The notes under the pieces were generated by a model. It made no database searches, was not told the origin of the DNA, and was given only the letters and a program-made list of their open reading frames with translations. Of a stretch of DNA of 64,000 nt, positions 41,890 through 52,725 are shown one piece after another. The stretch lies in contig CAVONQ010000018.1 in assembly GCA_963697335.1 (NCBI GenBank), positions 224,001 to 288,000 on the forward strand, in the 5' to 3' direction. Numbering within the stretch: the stretch's first letter is position 1; each line of letters begins with the position of its first letter. The position numbers and the translations under genes were made by a program. The DNA comes from an uncultured cyanobacterium (lineage in GTDB: Bacteria > Cyanobacteriota > Cyanobacteriia > PCC-6307 > Cyanobiaceae).

Positions 41890-44755
41890 GCTGGGTCCCG
41901 AGCTGTCCTCCGTGGTGCGTTCCGGGGGCAGCACCGCTGCGGCTCCCGCGGCTGCGGCCAGCCTGACGAGCGAGCCCGAACGCTTCAGCGCCGAGGCCTG
42001 GGAGTTGCTGCTGGCCGGCCAGGACGCGGCCCGCCGCTGGCGCCATGGCGTGCTCGATGTGGAGCACCTGCTGCAGGCCCTGCTGCTGGAGCGGCGCTTC
42101 GGGGCCTGGGCCGACCGCCTGCCCCTCGATGCCGATCAGTTGCTGGATCGGCTGGAGGGCTTCTGCGCCCAGCAACCCACCAGCACGTCCGAGCAGCTGT
42201 TCATCGGCGATGCCCTGGAGGATCTGCTCGAGGAAGCCGACCGTCGCCGGGCCGCCTGGGGGTCGCGGCTGCTGGATCTGCCCCACCTGTTACTGGCCCT
42301 GGTGGAGGAGCCCCGCATCGGCGCCAGCCTGCTGGCCCAGCAGGGCCTCAGCGAGGAGCTGCTGCTGCGGCAGCTGCGCCCGGGGGGCCAGGCGCCCGCC
42401 GCGCCGCGCCGTCCCGCCCCTGCCCCAGTTGCTCCCCCATCCTCGCCAGCAGCTGCCCCCGCCCCCGCTGCCGACGACTGGTCCGGCTCCGAGGACTGGA
42501 TGGAGGCGCCCCCCCGGCCGGCCCGTCAGCCCGTCGGGCGCCCCCCCGCCGCGGAGCGCTCGCCGGTAGCCGCCCCTGCCCCGGCCAGGACAGCGGTGCC
42601 AGCCTCCGAGCCGCCCCTGCAGCTGGAGCCGGAAGGCCCAGAACCCACAGCCCTGGAGCGCTATGGGCGCGACCTCACCGCCGCCGCCAGGGCCGCTGAA
42701 CTGGATCCGGTGATCGGCCGCGATGCCGAAATCCGCCGGCTGATCCAGGTGCTGTCGCGCCGCAGCAAGAACAATCCTGTGCTGATCGGTGAGCCGGGCG
42801 TGGGCAAGACCGCCGTGGCGGAGTGCCTGGCCCAGCGGATCGTGGCCGGTGAGGTGCCCGATGCCCTGCTGGGGCAGCGGCTGGTGGCCCTCGATCTGGG
42901 CGCCCTGATCGCCGGCGCCAAGTTCCGTGGCCAGTTCGAGGAGCGCCTGCGCTCCGTGCTGGCGGAGGTGCGCGATGCCGACCCCGGCGTGATCGTGTTC
43001 ATCGATGAGCTGCACGCGGTGGTGAGCAGTGACCGCTCCAATGCCGATGCCGGCAGCATCCTCAAACCGGCCCTGGCCCGCGGCGAGCTGCGCTGCGTGG
43101 GGGCCACCACGCCGGAGGAGTACCGCCGCAGCATTGAGAAAGACCCCGCCCTGGAACGCCGCTTCCAGCAGGTGGTGATCCGCGAGCCCGGCGTCGAGAC
43201 CAGCGTTGAGATCCTGCGCGGCCTCAAGGAGCGCTACGAGCTCCACCACGGCGTCACGATCACCGATGCCGCCCTGGCTGCTGCCGCCCGGCTGGCCGAT
43301 CGCTATCTCGCCGATCGCTGCCTGCCCGATTCCGCCATCGATCTGGTGGATGAGGCCGCCGCCAACCTGCGCATGGAGGTCACCTCCAAGCCCCGCCCCG
43401 TGGAGGAGGCCGAGGTGGCGCTGCGGCGGGTGGAGCTCGCCCTGCTCTCGGCCGAGGCGGCGCCGGAGGCCGAACGGGTCGCCCTGCAGGAGCAGCGGCG
43501 CCAGGCCACCGAGGCGCTGCATGGCCTCAAGCAGCGCTGGCAGGCGGAGCGGCAGCGGGTGGCGGAGCTGGGCGATCTGCTGCAGCAGGACGAGGACCTG
43601 CGCCATGCCATCGCCGAGGCGGAGCGCTGCGGCGATCTCGAGGAGGCGGCCCGGCTCCAGTACGACCAGCTGCATGGCGTGCAGCAGCGCCGTCAGGCCC
43701 TCGAGGTGGCGATGCAGGCAGACGCCATGCTGCGTGAGCAGGTGGAACCCGGCGACATCGCCGATGTGGTGGCCCGCTGGACCGGCATTCCGGTGCAGCG
43801 CCTGCTGGCCGGGGAACGCCAGAAGCTGCTGGAGCTCGACAGCCGCCTGGGCGAGCGGGTGATCGGCCAGCTGGAGCCGGTGGCGGCGGTGGCGGCCGCG
43901 ATCCGGCGCGCCCGGGCCGGCATGCAGTCGCCGCGGCGCCCCGTGGGTTCCTTCCTGTTCCTCGGCCCCACCGGTGTGGGCAAGACCGAGCTGGCCAAGG
44001 CCCTGGCCGCGGCCCTCTTCGACGAGGACGAGGCCCTCGTGCGCCTCGACATGAGCGAATTCATGGAGCGCAACGCCGTGGCCCGGCTGGTGGGGGCCCC
44101 GCCCGGCTACGTGGGGTATGAGGAGGGGGGGCAGCTCACCGAGGCCGTGCGGCGCCGTCCCTATGCCGTGCTGCTGCTCGACGAGGTGGAGAAAGCCCAC
44201 CCCGAGGTGTTCAACCTGCTGCTGCAGGTGCTCGATGACGGACGGCTCACCGATTCCCAGGGCCGCACCGTGGACTTCCGCCACACGGTGGTGATCATGA
44301 CCAGCAACCTGGCCAGCCGGGCGATCCTCGACCATGCCCGCGGCGTCTTGGACGGGGCCCAGGTGGAGGAGGCCATGGACCAGGCCCTGGCGGCCAGCTT
44401 CCGGCCCGAGTTCCTCAACCGCATCGATGAGGTGATCCGGTTCCGGCCCCTCTCGGAGGCCGATCTCGAGCGCATCGTGCGGCTGCAGCTGGCCGAGCTG
44501 GCGGCCCTGCTGGCCGAGCAGCAGCTCCAGCTGGAGGTGGAGGAGCCGGTGGTGCAGGCCCTGGCGGCCCAGGGCTATGAGCCGGAGTACGGGGCCAGGC
44601 CCCTGCGCCGGGTGCTGCGCCGTCGCATCGAGAATCCCCTCGCCACCGAGTTGCTGGAGGACCGCTACGAGGGCGCCCGGGGCGTGCGCATCAGCCTCGG
44701 GGAGGACGCCGCTGCTGGTCTGTGCTTTGAGCCGCTGGGGAAGGGCGTCCGGTAG
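41879..44755 (+). CDS. clpB: ClpB-type AAA+ chaperone (second-copy type, Pro/Ala-rich linker after the N domain)
   Basis: Two AAA modules ([14 protein letters not shown] and [17 protein letters not shown]), middle coiled coil, GAPPGYVGY. Confidence 0.88.
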
Positions 44756-44802
44756 GGTGACTGTTTGCCGAGTCGCGCGGATGCCCGCGTGCGTCAGCGC
44801 CC

Positions 44803-45132
44803 GTGTTGTCCGACCCCAACAGCCCCGATCCCAACAGCTCCAACGGCTCCCCGCGCACCGTTGCGGCTGAGCAGGCCGCCACTGAGGTGGCCACTGACGC
44901 AGCCGTGGTCGCCGACGCCTCGGAGGCCCAGCAGCTGGCAGCGGCTGAGGCCGCCAGCCCCAAGGGGTTCGGTGCCGCCACCCTGGCGGAACTGCGCAGG
45001 GTGGTCTGGCCCAGCCGCCAGCAGCTGTTCAGCGAGTCGGTGGCGGTGATTCTGATGGTGGGGCTCTCGGCGGCGGCAATTGCGGCGATCGATCGCTTCT
45101 ACGGCTGGGCCTCCTCCCAGGTGTTCGGCTGA
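44803..45132 (+). CDS. secE: Preprotein translocase subunit SecE
   Basis: ELRRVVWPSRQQL plus TM helix; directly upstream of nusG. Confidence 0.93.
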   Translation: MLSDPNSPDPNSSNGSPRTVAAEQAATEVATDAAVVADASEAQQLAAAEAASPKGFGAATLAELRRVVWPSRQQLFSESVAVILMVGLSAAAIAAIDRFYGWASSQVFG

Positions 45133-45218
45133 CCCTCTGCCACTCCTGTCCGACGTCCAGCCCCCAGCAGCCGCAGCGCCCACTCCCCCTGTTCCCCCGA
45201 GCCCCAAGCCTGAGCACC

Positions 45219-45884
45219 GTGTCCGAGACCCTGTCTGACCCCCAAACCGACCCAGCGGCTGAGCAGGGGGCCGAGACCGTGCGGGAGCTGCCGGCCGCCG
45301 AAGCCGCGACCGAGAAGCGCCAGGTGGCCCGCTGGTATGCCGTGCAGGTGGCCTCCAGCTGCGAGAAAAAAGTGAAGGCCACCCTGGAGCAGAGGGCGGT
45401 GACCCTCGGGGTGGACAACCGCATCCTCGAGATCGAGATCCCCCAGACCCCCGGGGTGAAGCTGAAGAAGGACGGCAGCCGCCAGAGCACGGAAGAGAAG
45501 GTGTTCCCCGGCTATGTGCTGGTGCGGATGATGCTCGACGAGGACACGATGATGGCGGTGCGCAGCACCCCCAACGTGATCAACTTTGTGGGGGCGGAGG
45601 AGCGTCGGGCCACGGCCCGCGCCCGCGGCCACATCAAGCCGAGGCCCCTGAGCCGCCAGGAGGTGGATCGCATCTTCAAGCGGGCGGCCGAGAAGAAAGC
45701 CGTGGTCAAGGTCGACCTCACCGAGGGCGATCAGATCCTGGTGACGGCCGGCCCGTTCAAGGACTTCCAGGGCGAGGTGATCGAGGTGTCGGGCGAGCGC
45801 AACAAGCTCAAGGCCCTGCTCTCGATCTTCGGTCGGGAAACCCCTGTGGAACTCGAGTTCGCCCAGATCAGCAAGCAGAGCTGA
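45219..45884 (+). CDS. nusG: Transcription termination/antitermination factor NusG
   Basis: WYAVQV, FPGYVLV, GPFKDF.G, IFGRETPVELEF. Confidence 0.97.
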   Translation: MSETLSDPQTDPAAEQGAETVRELPAAEAATEKRQVARWYAVQVASSCEKKVKATLEQRAVTLGVDNRILEIEIPQTPGVKLKKDGSRQSTEEKVFPGYVLVRMMLDEDTMMAVRSTPNVINFVGAEERRATARARGHIKPRPLSRQEVDRIFKRAAEKKAVVKVDLTEGDQILVTAGPFKDFQGEVIEVSGERNKLKALLSIFGRETPVELEFAQISKQS

Positions 45885-45987
45885 GCACCAGGCTCCGCTC
45901 AGCGGCCGTCTCCCTGCGGAGGATGGCCGTTCCCGTCACGCCTCCCCTCAGGAGGTGATCCGCAGCCCCGCCCAGTAGTTCGAGACG

Positions 45988-46413
45988 ATGGCCAAGAAAA
46001 TCGTAGCCGTGATCAAGCTGGCCCTCCAGGCCGGCAAAGCCAACCCGGCGCCCCCTGTGGGTCCTGCCCTTGGTCAGCACGGCGTCAACATCATGGCGTT
46101 CTGCAAGGAGTACAACGCCCGCACCCAGGAAAAGGCCGGCTATGTGATTCCGGTGGAGATTTCGGTCTTTGAAGACCGCAGCTTCACCTTCATCACCAAG
46201 ACCCCTCCCGCCTCGGTGCTGATCTCCAAGGCCGCCGGCATCGAGAAGGGTGCCGCCACCTCTTCGAAAGGAGCGGTGGGTGCCATCAGCCGCGCCCAGC
46301 TCGAGGAGATCGCCAAGACCAAGCTGCCCGATCTCAACTGCACCAGCGTGGAGTCGGCCATGCGCATCATCGAAGGCACCGCCCGCAACATGGGCGTCGC
46401 CGTCAACGACTGA
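45988..46413 (+). CDS. rplK: 50S ribosomal protein L11
   Basis: [30 protein letters not shown]. Confidence 0.99.
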   Translation: MAKKIVAVIKLALQAGKANPAPPVGPALGQHGVNIMAFCKEYNARTQEKAGYVIPVEISVFEDRSFTFITKTPPASVLISKAAGIEKGAATSSKGAVGAISRAQLEEIAKTKLPDLNCTSVESAMRIIEGTARNMGVAVND

Positions 46414-46510
46414 GTCCTTCCATCCATCCCCAGGGGGAGATCCAGCCAGCGTCCGGCCGCAGCTTGCGTGCCCCAGGCCTGCCCTGCATCGCCCGCACCC
46501 CATTCCCGTC

Positions 46511-47218
46511 ATGCCAAAAGTTTCCAAGCGTTTTTCCGCCCTCCAGGCCAAGGTCGCCGAGCGAGCCCATGAGCCCATGGAGGCCATCGAGCTGGTGAAG
46601 GCCAACGCCACCGCCAAGTTCGACGAGACGATCGAGGCCCATGTGCGCCTCGGCATTGATCCCAAGTACACCGACCAGCAGCTGCGCACCACCGTGGCCC
46701 TGCCCCACGGCACCGGCCAGAGCATTCGCATCGCCGTGATCGCCCGGGGTGAGGCCGTGGCTGCCGCCAAGGCCGCCGGCGCCGACCTCTCCGGCGACGA
46801 CGACCTGGTGGATCAGATCGCCGGCGGCACGATCGACTTCGACCTGCTGATCGCCACCCCGGACATGATGCCCAAGGTGGCCAAGCTCGGCCGGGTGCTC
46901 GGCCCCCGGGGCCTGATGCCCAACCCCAAGGCCGGCACCGTCACCACCGACCTGGTCGGGGCGATCGCTGAGTTCAAGGCCGGCAAACTCGAGTTCCGCG
47001 CCGACCGCAGCGGCATCGTGCACGTGCGCTTCGGCAAGGCCAGCTTCGATCCCGCCAAGCTGCTCGACAACCTCAAGGCCCTTCAGGAAACCATCGACCG
47101 CCAGAAGCCCAGCGGTGCCAAGGGCCGCTACTGGCGCTCCCTCTACGTCACCTCCACCATGGGTCCCTCGGTGCAGGTGGACTTCGCCGCCCTGCAGGAC
47201 ATCAAGCAGGAGGGCTGA
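46511..47218 (+). CDS. rplA: 50S ribosomal protein L1
   Basis: [35 protein letters not shown]. Confidence 0.98.
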   Translation: MPKVSKRFSALQAKVAERAHEPMEAIELVKANATAKFDETIEAHVRLGIDPKYTDQQLRTTVALPHGTGQSIRIAVIARGEAVAAAKAAGADLSGDDDLVDQIAGGTIDFDLLIATPDMMPKVAKLGRVLGPRGLMPNPKAGTVTTDLVGAIAEFKAGKLEFRADRSGIVHVRFGKASFDPAKLLDNLKALQETIDRQKPSGAKGRYWRSLYVTSTMGPSVQVDFAALQDIKQEG

Positions 47219-47229
47219 TCCGCTTCGCC

Positions 47230-47260
47230 GCTGGGCCCGGCATCAGGTGCCGGGCCCAGC
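47230..47260 (+). terminator. 13-bp perfect hairpin after rplA
   Basis: GCTGGGCCCGGCA-TCAGG-TGCCGGGCCCAGC; no U tract. Confidence 0.6.
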
Positions 47261-47305
47261 ATGAGTTAGGTTGAGAAGCTGGCTAAGGCCAGAAGGGCAC
47301 GCGCC

Positions 47306-47378
47306 CTACCCCAGACAGCAGGTGAGAACGCCTTCCGGTTCGCCGGACGATCCGTTTCTGTAAGTCCTGCCGAGGTGT
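47306..47378 (+). promoter_or_regulatory. Ribosomal protein L10 leader (autoregulatory RNA)
   Basis: AGACAGCAGG...TAAGTCCTGCCGAGG pattern in the long leader upstream of rplJ. Confidence 0.8.
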
Positions 47379-47547
47379 TCGCGACAGGTTTTCGGCCTCC
47401 AGGCCGCTTGTGGGTCGATCCCCAGGCGTCTTGATCGGGTCAGGAGCATGCAGCGGCCTCGAGCCCTCCGGCAGTCACTCTCCGAGTGGTTGGCGTTGGC
47501 GTCCAGGGCCGCGTACCCGGCTTGTTCCCCCGATCCGATCCTTTCCT

Positions 47548-48081
47548 ATGGGCCGCACGCTGGAGAACAAGCAACAGATCGTCGAAGAGCTCAAGGGGCT
47601 CCTCGGCGAGGCCGAACTGGCACTGGTCCTTGATTTCAAGGGTCTGTCCATCAAGGAGATGTCTGATCTGCGGACCCGTCTGCAGGCCAGCAACGGCGTG
47701 TGCAAGGTGACCAAAAACACCTTGATGCGTCGGGCCATTGATGGCGACAGTGCCTGGTCGAATCTCGAATCCCTGCTCACCGGCACCAACGCCTTCGTGC
47801 TCGTCAAGGGCGACGTGGGTGGTGCGGTGAAGGCCGTGCAGTCCTTCCAGAAGGACAGCAAGAAGTCGGAAACCAAGGGCGGCCTCTTCGAAGGCAAGCT
47901 CCTGTCCCAGTCCGACATCAAGGCCATCGGGGATCTGCCCTCCAAGGAGGTGCTCATGGCCCAGATCGCCGGTGCGATCAACGCTGTGGCCACCAAGGTG
48001 GCCGTGGGCATCAACGAGGTTCCATCCGGTCTCGCTCGGGCGCTCCAGCAACACGCCGATGGCGAGGGCCAGGCCTCCTGA
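47548..48081 (+). CDS. rplJ: 50S ribosomal protein L10
   Basis: [31 protein letters not shown]. Confidence 0.97.
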   Translation: MGRTLENKQQIVEELKGLLGEAELALVLDFKGLSIKEMSDLRTRLQASNGVCKVTKNTLMRRAIDGDSAWSNLESLLTGTNAFVLVKGDVGGAVKAVQSFQKDSKKSETKGGLFEGKLLSQSDIKAIGDLPSKEVLMAQIAGAINAVATKVAVGINEVPSGLARALQQHADGEGQAS

Positions 48082-48162
48082 GGCCTGCAACCAGCGCCCG
48101 CGGCTGTTGCCGAGCTCAACCGATCCGACTGTTACCCACAGATCTGTTGCTGATTCCCAACC

Positions 48163-48546
48163 ATGTCTGCTACAACCGACCAGATTCTCGACCAACTCAA
48201 ATCCCTCTCGCTGCTTGAGGCTTCCGAGCTCGTCAAGCAGATCGAAGAGGCTTTCGGCGTCTCCGCCGCCGCTTCCGCCGGCGTGATGATGGCCGCTGCT
48301 CCTGCCGCTGCCGCCGAGGCCGTTGAAGAGCAGACCGAATTCGACGTGATCCTTGAGGGTTACGAAGATTCGGCCAAGATCAAGGTGCTCAAGGCCGTGC
48401 GCGAAGCCACAGGCCTGGGTCTGGGCGACGCCAAGGCCCTCGTCGAAGCCGCCCCCAAGGCGGTCAAGGAAGGCATCGCCAAGGCCGATGCCGAGGCCCT
48501 CAAGAAGGCCATCGAAGAGGTGGGTGGCAAGGTGTCGATCAAGTGA
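48163..48546 (+). CDS. rplL: 50S ribosomal protein L7/L12
   Basis: [43 protein letters not shown]. Confidence 0.98.
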   Translation: MSATTDQILDQLKSLSLLEASELVKQIEEAFGVSAAASAGVMMAAAPAAAAEAVEEQTEFDVILEGYEDSAKIKVLKAVREATGLGLGDAKALVEAAPKAVKEGIAKADAEALKKAIEEVGGKVSIK

Positions 48547-48608
48547 TCGCCCTGGGGTCGGCTTGCCGGTCCCACTCCCACCCGGCGCCCAGGCGGCGTC
48601 TTCACCAC

Positions 48609-48636
48609 AGCCGGCTCCCTCGAGGGCCGGCTTTTT
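48609..48636 (+). terminator. Rho-independent terminator of rplJL
   Basis: AGCCGGCTC-CCTCGA-GGGCCGGCT stem followed by a T run. Confidence 0.8.
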
Positions 48637-48709
48637 GCTGGGCCCCTGGTAGCGCCCCCCAGCCGCCCGGCCCGTCCTGAACCCTGCTGGTCCCAGAGCC
48701 TTCGTCAGC

Positions 48710-48738
48710 AAAAAAAATGCCCCGCCGAAGGCGGGGCA
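48710..48738 (-). terminator. Rho-independent terminator of the sRNA
   Basis: GC-rich stem with TTCG loop followed by 8 T on the minus strand. Confidence 0.85.
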
Positions 48739-48806
48739 GGATTGTGGAACGGTCTTTCGGAGTCTGTCCTCGTTTCGACCCGGAAGAGTCGTTCCCCACT
48801 CCTCAC
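48710..48806 (-). ncRNA. Yfr2-family-like small RNA (about 97 nt)
   Basis: Minus strand: TAATCT -10 box, then 5' GTGAGGAGT, GGAACG/CGTTCC stem enclosing GAAAC/GAAAG purine-rich loops, and terminator TGCCCCGCC-TTCG-GCGGGGCA + T8. Confidence 0.72.
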
Positions 48807-48813
48807 AAGCAAC

Positions 48814-48819
48814 AGATTA
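48814..48819 (-). promoter_or_regulatory. -10 element (TAATCT) of the putative sRNA
   Basis: Located 7 nt upstream of the GTGAGGAG 5' motif. Confidence 0.6.
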
Positions 48820-48880
48820 ACGAGGGAATCCGGGGGTGTCAGGGGGCGTCGGTCACTCGTTGAACTGGCCCGTGCCTGGG

Positions 48881-49684
48881 TCAGCTGCCGTAGGGCACCA
48901 CCTCTAGGGCAATCACGCCGTCCTGGCGGGGCAGCACTGACGGGCGCCCCACGCTGGCGATGCCCCTGCGGGTGCTGCTGGGTCTGGACTCCGCCACGGG
49001 GCCAGAGCGGTTCAGCAAAGGGGGCGGGGCCAGGGACGGCAGCGCCGCCAGCTGGCCGCCGCCCCGGGCCCGGGCCAGCAGGACTGGCAGGGGCTCGGCG
49101 TGGGCCATGTAGAGATGCCTGAGGGTTTCCTCGCCGAAGGTGCGGCGCTGGAAGGTCCAGCCCGGTTCCAGCTTGAGGCTGGCCAGGCCGCTGGCGGGAG
49201 CCAGGCCGCTGGCGACCGGGATCGGGGTGGTCTGCTGGGGGTTGGAGGCCAGCAGTCGCAGGCGGCCGTTGTCGCTCTCCACCCGCAGCCGCCAGGGGTT
49301 GCTGAGATCGTCGTTGGCGACCCTCAGCGAGTAGGCGCTGCTGGAGAGGTAGCGCCCGCAGACCCCCTCAGCGACGTCATTGTCGTAGGAGATCACCGAG
49401 CCATCCGGGAACTCCCGCCAGCAGGGCGGGGCCGCCTGAAGCTGCTCGAGCACGATCAGGTTCCAGCGGTTGCCGGCCAGGGGCTGGGCCACGGCGATCG
49501 CCTGACCGGGGGCGATGGGCTGGCTGCCGAACAGAGCGGCCGCCTGGGCAGCGCCAGCCTGGCGGCCCATCACCCAGCTGGAGCTGAGGATGGCGGCGCC
49601 TGCAGCGGTGACCGCTGCTCCAGTGACAGCGACGCGAAGCGCCATGCAGGCACGGCTGCTGACCGTGGCTCGGCTGCTGACCAT
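48881..49684 (-). CDS. DUF3747-like exported cyanobacterial protein
   Basis: AVAQPL...WNLIVLEQL....PCW, CGRYLSSSAYSLR, LEPGW.FQRR.F...L.HLY; start may be downstream of 49684. Confidence 0.75.
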   Translation of the reverse strand: MVSSRATVSSRACMALRVAVTGAAVTAAGAAILSSSWVMGRQAGAAQAAALFGSQPIAPGQAIAVAQPLAGNRWNLIVLEQLQAAPPCWREFPDGSVISYDNDVAEGVCGRYLSSSAYSLRVANDDLSNPWRLRVESDNGRLRLLASNPQQTTPIPVASGLAPASGLASLKLEPGWTFQRRTFGEETLRHLYMAHAEPLPVLLARARGGGQLAALPSLAPPPLLNRSGPVAESRPSSTRRGIASVGRPSVLPRQDGVIALEVVPYGS

Positions 49685-49752
49685 GGCGACGTTCTGCCCG
49701 TGTGGCAGCCCAGAGTAGAAGATCTCTTTAGCGACAATGATGGGGATGTCCA

Positions 49753-50565
49753 GTGGCTGATCGGCCAGTGCGGGTGGTGGCGGCGGCCTGTGACGGGGCC
49801 TGCAGCGGCAACCCTGGCCCGGGTGGCTGGGGGGCGCTGCTCCGCTTTGAGGATGGTTCGGTGCAGGAGCTGGGCGGTGCCGACCAGGACACCACCAACA
49901 ACCGCATGGAGCTCACGGCGGCCCTGGCCCTGCTGGAGGCCCTGCGGGACCTGCCCCGCCATCCCGACCTGGCGATCCGAACCGACAGCCGCTATCTGAT
50001 TGATGGCCTGGGCAAGTGGATCCACGGCTGGAAACGCAAGGGCTGGCGCACCGCCTCCGGTGGGCAGGTGCTGAACCGTGATCTCTGGGAGCAGCTCGAC
50101 CGGGCCCGCCTTGCCGACGTGTCCCTGCGCCACGTGAAGGGCCACAGCGGCGATCCAGACAACGACCGCTGCGACACCATCGCCGTGGCCTTTTCCCGTG
50201 GCCGGATCCCGCCCCTGATGGCGGGAGAGGTGCTGGCCACCGCCAGGCTGGAGGCCGAAGTGCCGGCTCCTTCCGGGCCGGCCGAGCGGACCGCTTCCGG
50301 CGCTGATGGATCCGATGCCCCGGACGCTGCCGTCGCCCCCGCGCCGCTGCAGCAGTTGCTGACTCGGCTGGAGTGGGCCGACCGGGTGGCGGATCGCGGC
50401 TATGGCCTCTCTCTGATGGAACTGGCCCAGCTGGTGGAGCAGCCCCTGCGCACGCTGGAGCGCCGCAGCCGGCCCTGGACCTGGCGGGACTGGCGGGTGG
50501 AGCCGCTCGAGGATGGCCGCTGGCGCCTGCGGCGCGGGACGGCAGGATTGGACGATCGGCCGTAG
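49753..50565 (+). CDS. rnhA: Ribonuclease HI with C-terminal extension
   Basis: [47 protein letters not shown]. Confidence 0.93.
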   Translation: MADRPVRVVAAACDGACSGNPGPGGWGALLRFEDGSVQELGGADQDTTNNRMELTAALALLEALRDLPRHPDLAIRTDSRYLIDGLGKWIHGWKRKGWRTASGGQVLNRDLWEQLDRARLADVSLRHVKGHSGDPDNDRCDTIAVAFSRGRIPPLMAGEVLATARLEAEVPAPSGPAERTASGADGSDAPDAAVAPAPLQQLLTRLEWADRVADRGYGLSLMELAQLVEQPLRTLERRSRPWTWRDWRVEPLEDGRWRLRRGTAGLDDRP

Positions 50566-50574
50566 GCGGGTGTG

Positions 50575-51771
50575 ATGGGAGATGGTGAGCAGCTGAGCAG
50601 CCAGGGTGGAGAGAGCGCCACGGGGGCGCTGTACGACCGCTTCGTGGCCCCCCTGCTCTCCCGCGATGGCGGGGCCGACGCCGAACAGCTCAGCCGTCTC
50701 ACCCTCACGGCCCTGGCCCAGGCCTCGTTGCGGCGTCGCTGGCCCCTGGTGAGCGGGGCCCTGGCCGGCCTCGGCCAGGAGTTGCGACGGCCCGACCCGC
50801 GCTTGGAGCAGACCCTGTTCGGCTGCCGCTTTCGCAATCCGCTCGGGCTGGCGGCGGGTTTCGACAAGGACGGCGTGGCGGCGGCGATCTGGCACCAGTT
50901 CGGCTTCGGCTTCGCCGAGCTGGGCACGATCACCTGGCACGCCCAGCCGGGTAACCCCCGTCCCCGCCTGTTCCGGCTGGCTGAGGAGCGGGCTGCCCTC
51001 AACCGCATGGGCTTCAACAACCAGGGCGCCGCCGCAGCGCTGCGCACCCTGGAGCGCCAGCGGTTGCCCGCCCCGGGCCAGCGCCCCGCGGTGCTCGGGA
51101 TCAACCTGGGCAAGTCGAAGCTCACCCCCCTGGAGCAGGCCCCGGACGACTACGCCGCCTCCCTGGAGCTACTGGCGCCCCAGGCCGACTACGCCGTGAT
51201 CAATGTGAGCTCGCCCAACACCCCAGGGCTGCGGGACCTTCAGGACGAAGTGCTGCTGCGCCGGCTGGTGGAGCGACTGCGGCGCCTGCCCGCCTGCCCT
51301 CCCCTGCTGGTGAAGATCGCCCCCGACCTCGAGGACGATGCCATCGACGCCATTGCCCGCATGGCCTACGAGGAGGGCCTGGCCGGGGTGATTGCCGTGA
51401 ACACCAGCCTCAACCGCCTGGGGCTGGAGCAGCGGCGTCTGGCCCAGACGGGGCGCAGCCTGGCGGAGGAGGCGGGGGGGCTCAGCGGCGCGCCGCTGCG
51501 ATGGCGTGCCCTGGAAGTGCTGCGCCGGCTCAGGGCCACGGCGGGACCTGCCCTGCCGCTGATCGGCGTGGGAGGGATCGACTCCCCCGAGGCCGCCTGG
51601 GAACGGATCTCCGCCGGGGCCTCCCTGGTTCAGCTCTACACGGGCTGGATCTATGGCGGCCCGGCTCTGGTGCCAAGGATTCTGGAAGGCCTGAGCCGCC
51701 AGCTCGCGTGCCACCGCCTCACCCATCTGGGCCAGGCGGTGGGGGCAGGCCTTCCGTGGAGATCCTCCTGA
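50575..51771 (+). CDS. pyrD: Quinone-dependent dihydroorotate dehydrogenase
   Basis: [52 protein letters not shown]. Confidence 0.96.
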   Translation: MGDGEQLSSQGGESATGALYDRFVAPLLSRDGGADAEQLSRLTLTALAQASLRRRWPLVSGALAGLGQELRRPDPRLEQTLFGCRFRNPLGLAAGFDKDGVAAAIWHQFGFGFAELGTITWHAQPGNPRPRLFRLAEERAALNRMGFNNQGAAAALRTLERQRLPAPGQRPAVLGINLGKSKLTPLEQAPDDYAASLELLAPQADYAVINVSSPNTPGLRDLQDEVLLRRLVERLRRLPACPPLLVKIAPDLEDDAIDAIARMAYEEGLAGVIAVNTSLNRLGLEQRRLAQTGRSLAEEAGGLSGAPLRWRALEVLRRLRATAGPALPLIGVGGIDSPEAAWERISAGASLVQLYTGWIYGGPALVPRILEGLSRQLACHRLTHLGQAVGAGLPWRSS

Positions 51772-51834
51772 TCGGCTATACCCAGAGCGGAAAAATCGCT
51801 TGTAGCCAGGGTAGCTTCGCTACCCATTGAATGG

Positions 51835-52725
51835 GTGCTTGGCTTGGTGCTCGCTGGGATCAAAGAACGCTGGCGGCCACTGCGGGCCGAGCTGCTGCCC
51901 AGGGTGGTTCTGCTGGACTTCACCGATCCCCAGCTGCTGGTGGGGCAAGGGTTCCGCAACGGCAAGCCCCAGGAACCGATCTGGAGTGCCGCGGTTCCGG
52001 CCCGGTCGCTGCGCGATGGCATGCCGATTGCCGCCGATGCCTTGGGTGATTTCGTGGGGGATCTGCTGCTGGAGCACGACGCCCCCGACGCCAGCCTGGT
52101 GGTGGCCCTGCCCCGCCAAGCCTGTGAGTGGCGCCTGATCACCTGGCCCGGTGGCGTCAGCCCTGGGAACCCCATCGAAGCTCTGCGCGGGCTCAATCCC
52201 GATCTGAAGCTCCCTTACCCCTTGGGCGCAGCCTGCATCGACGTGCAGCCGGTGCCTGGCCGCGAGGGGAACGCGGTGCTGGTGGCTGCTCCCCGTACCA
52301 CGGTGGATGCCTGGATTGACCTGTTCGCCATCGCCGGTTCGAGCCTGCGCCATCTGCTGCCCTCCCAGGCCTGCCAGATGCTCGCCCTGCGCGCGGAGCT
52401 GGACGCCATGGCGCCAGGGGAGCTGCTCGGCGTGCTGCAGCCCACCAGCACGGAATGCCTGCTGGACGTGTGGCTGGACGGGGCCCCCCACTTCCAGCGT
52501 CGCCTGCCCCTGGATGGGGCCCAGCTGGTGCCTGCCCTGCAGCGCTGTCTGCAGTTCTGCCACGGGGAGTTCGGCACGGCCTGCACCCGTCTGCTGGCGA
52601 GCGACGAGCTGGCGGCCGCAGCAGCCGTGGAGCAGGCGATCGGCCTTGAACTCGATGTTGTGGATCGGGGCCGTTTCGGCACCCTGGTGCTGGCCGGGTT
52701 GGCTGAAGCGGAGCTGGCCCGATGA
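51835..52725 (+). CDS. PilM-like type IV pilus assembly protein (divergent)
   Basis: First gene of a translationally coupled operon ending in a secretin; LPYPL...ID, VLVAAPRTTVDAWI..F..AG resemble PilM. Confidence 0.6.
   Translation: MLGLVLAGIKERWRPLRAELLPRVVLLDFTDPQLLVGQGFRNGKPQEPIWSAAVPARSLRDGMPIAADALGDFVGDLLLEHDAPDASLVVALPRQACEWRLITWPGGVSPGNPIEALRGLNPDLKLPYPLGAACIDVQPVPGREGNAVLVAAPRTTVDAWIDLFAIAGSSLRHLLPSQACQMLALRAELDAMAPGELLGVLQPTSTECLLDVWLDGAPHFQRRLPLDGAQLVPALQRCLQFCHGEFGTACTRLLASDELAAAAAVEQAIGLELDVVDRGRFGTLVLAGLAEAELAR

Noticed and set aside
48798..48807. Plus-strand ACTCCTCACA resembling the Yfr1 sRNA core motif
   Set aside because: The last base of ACTCCTCACAC is missing, and the promoter and terminator are on the minus strand, which fits a Yfr2-like RNA instead
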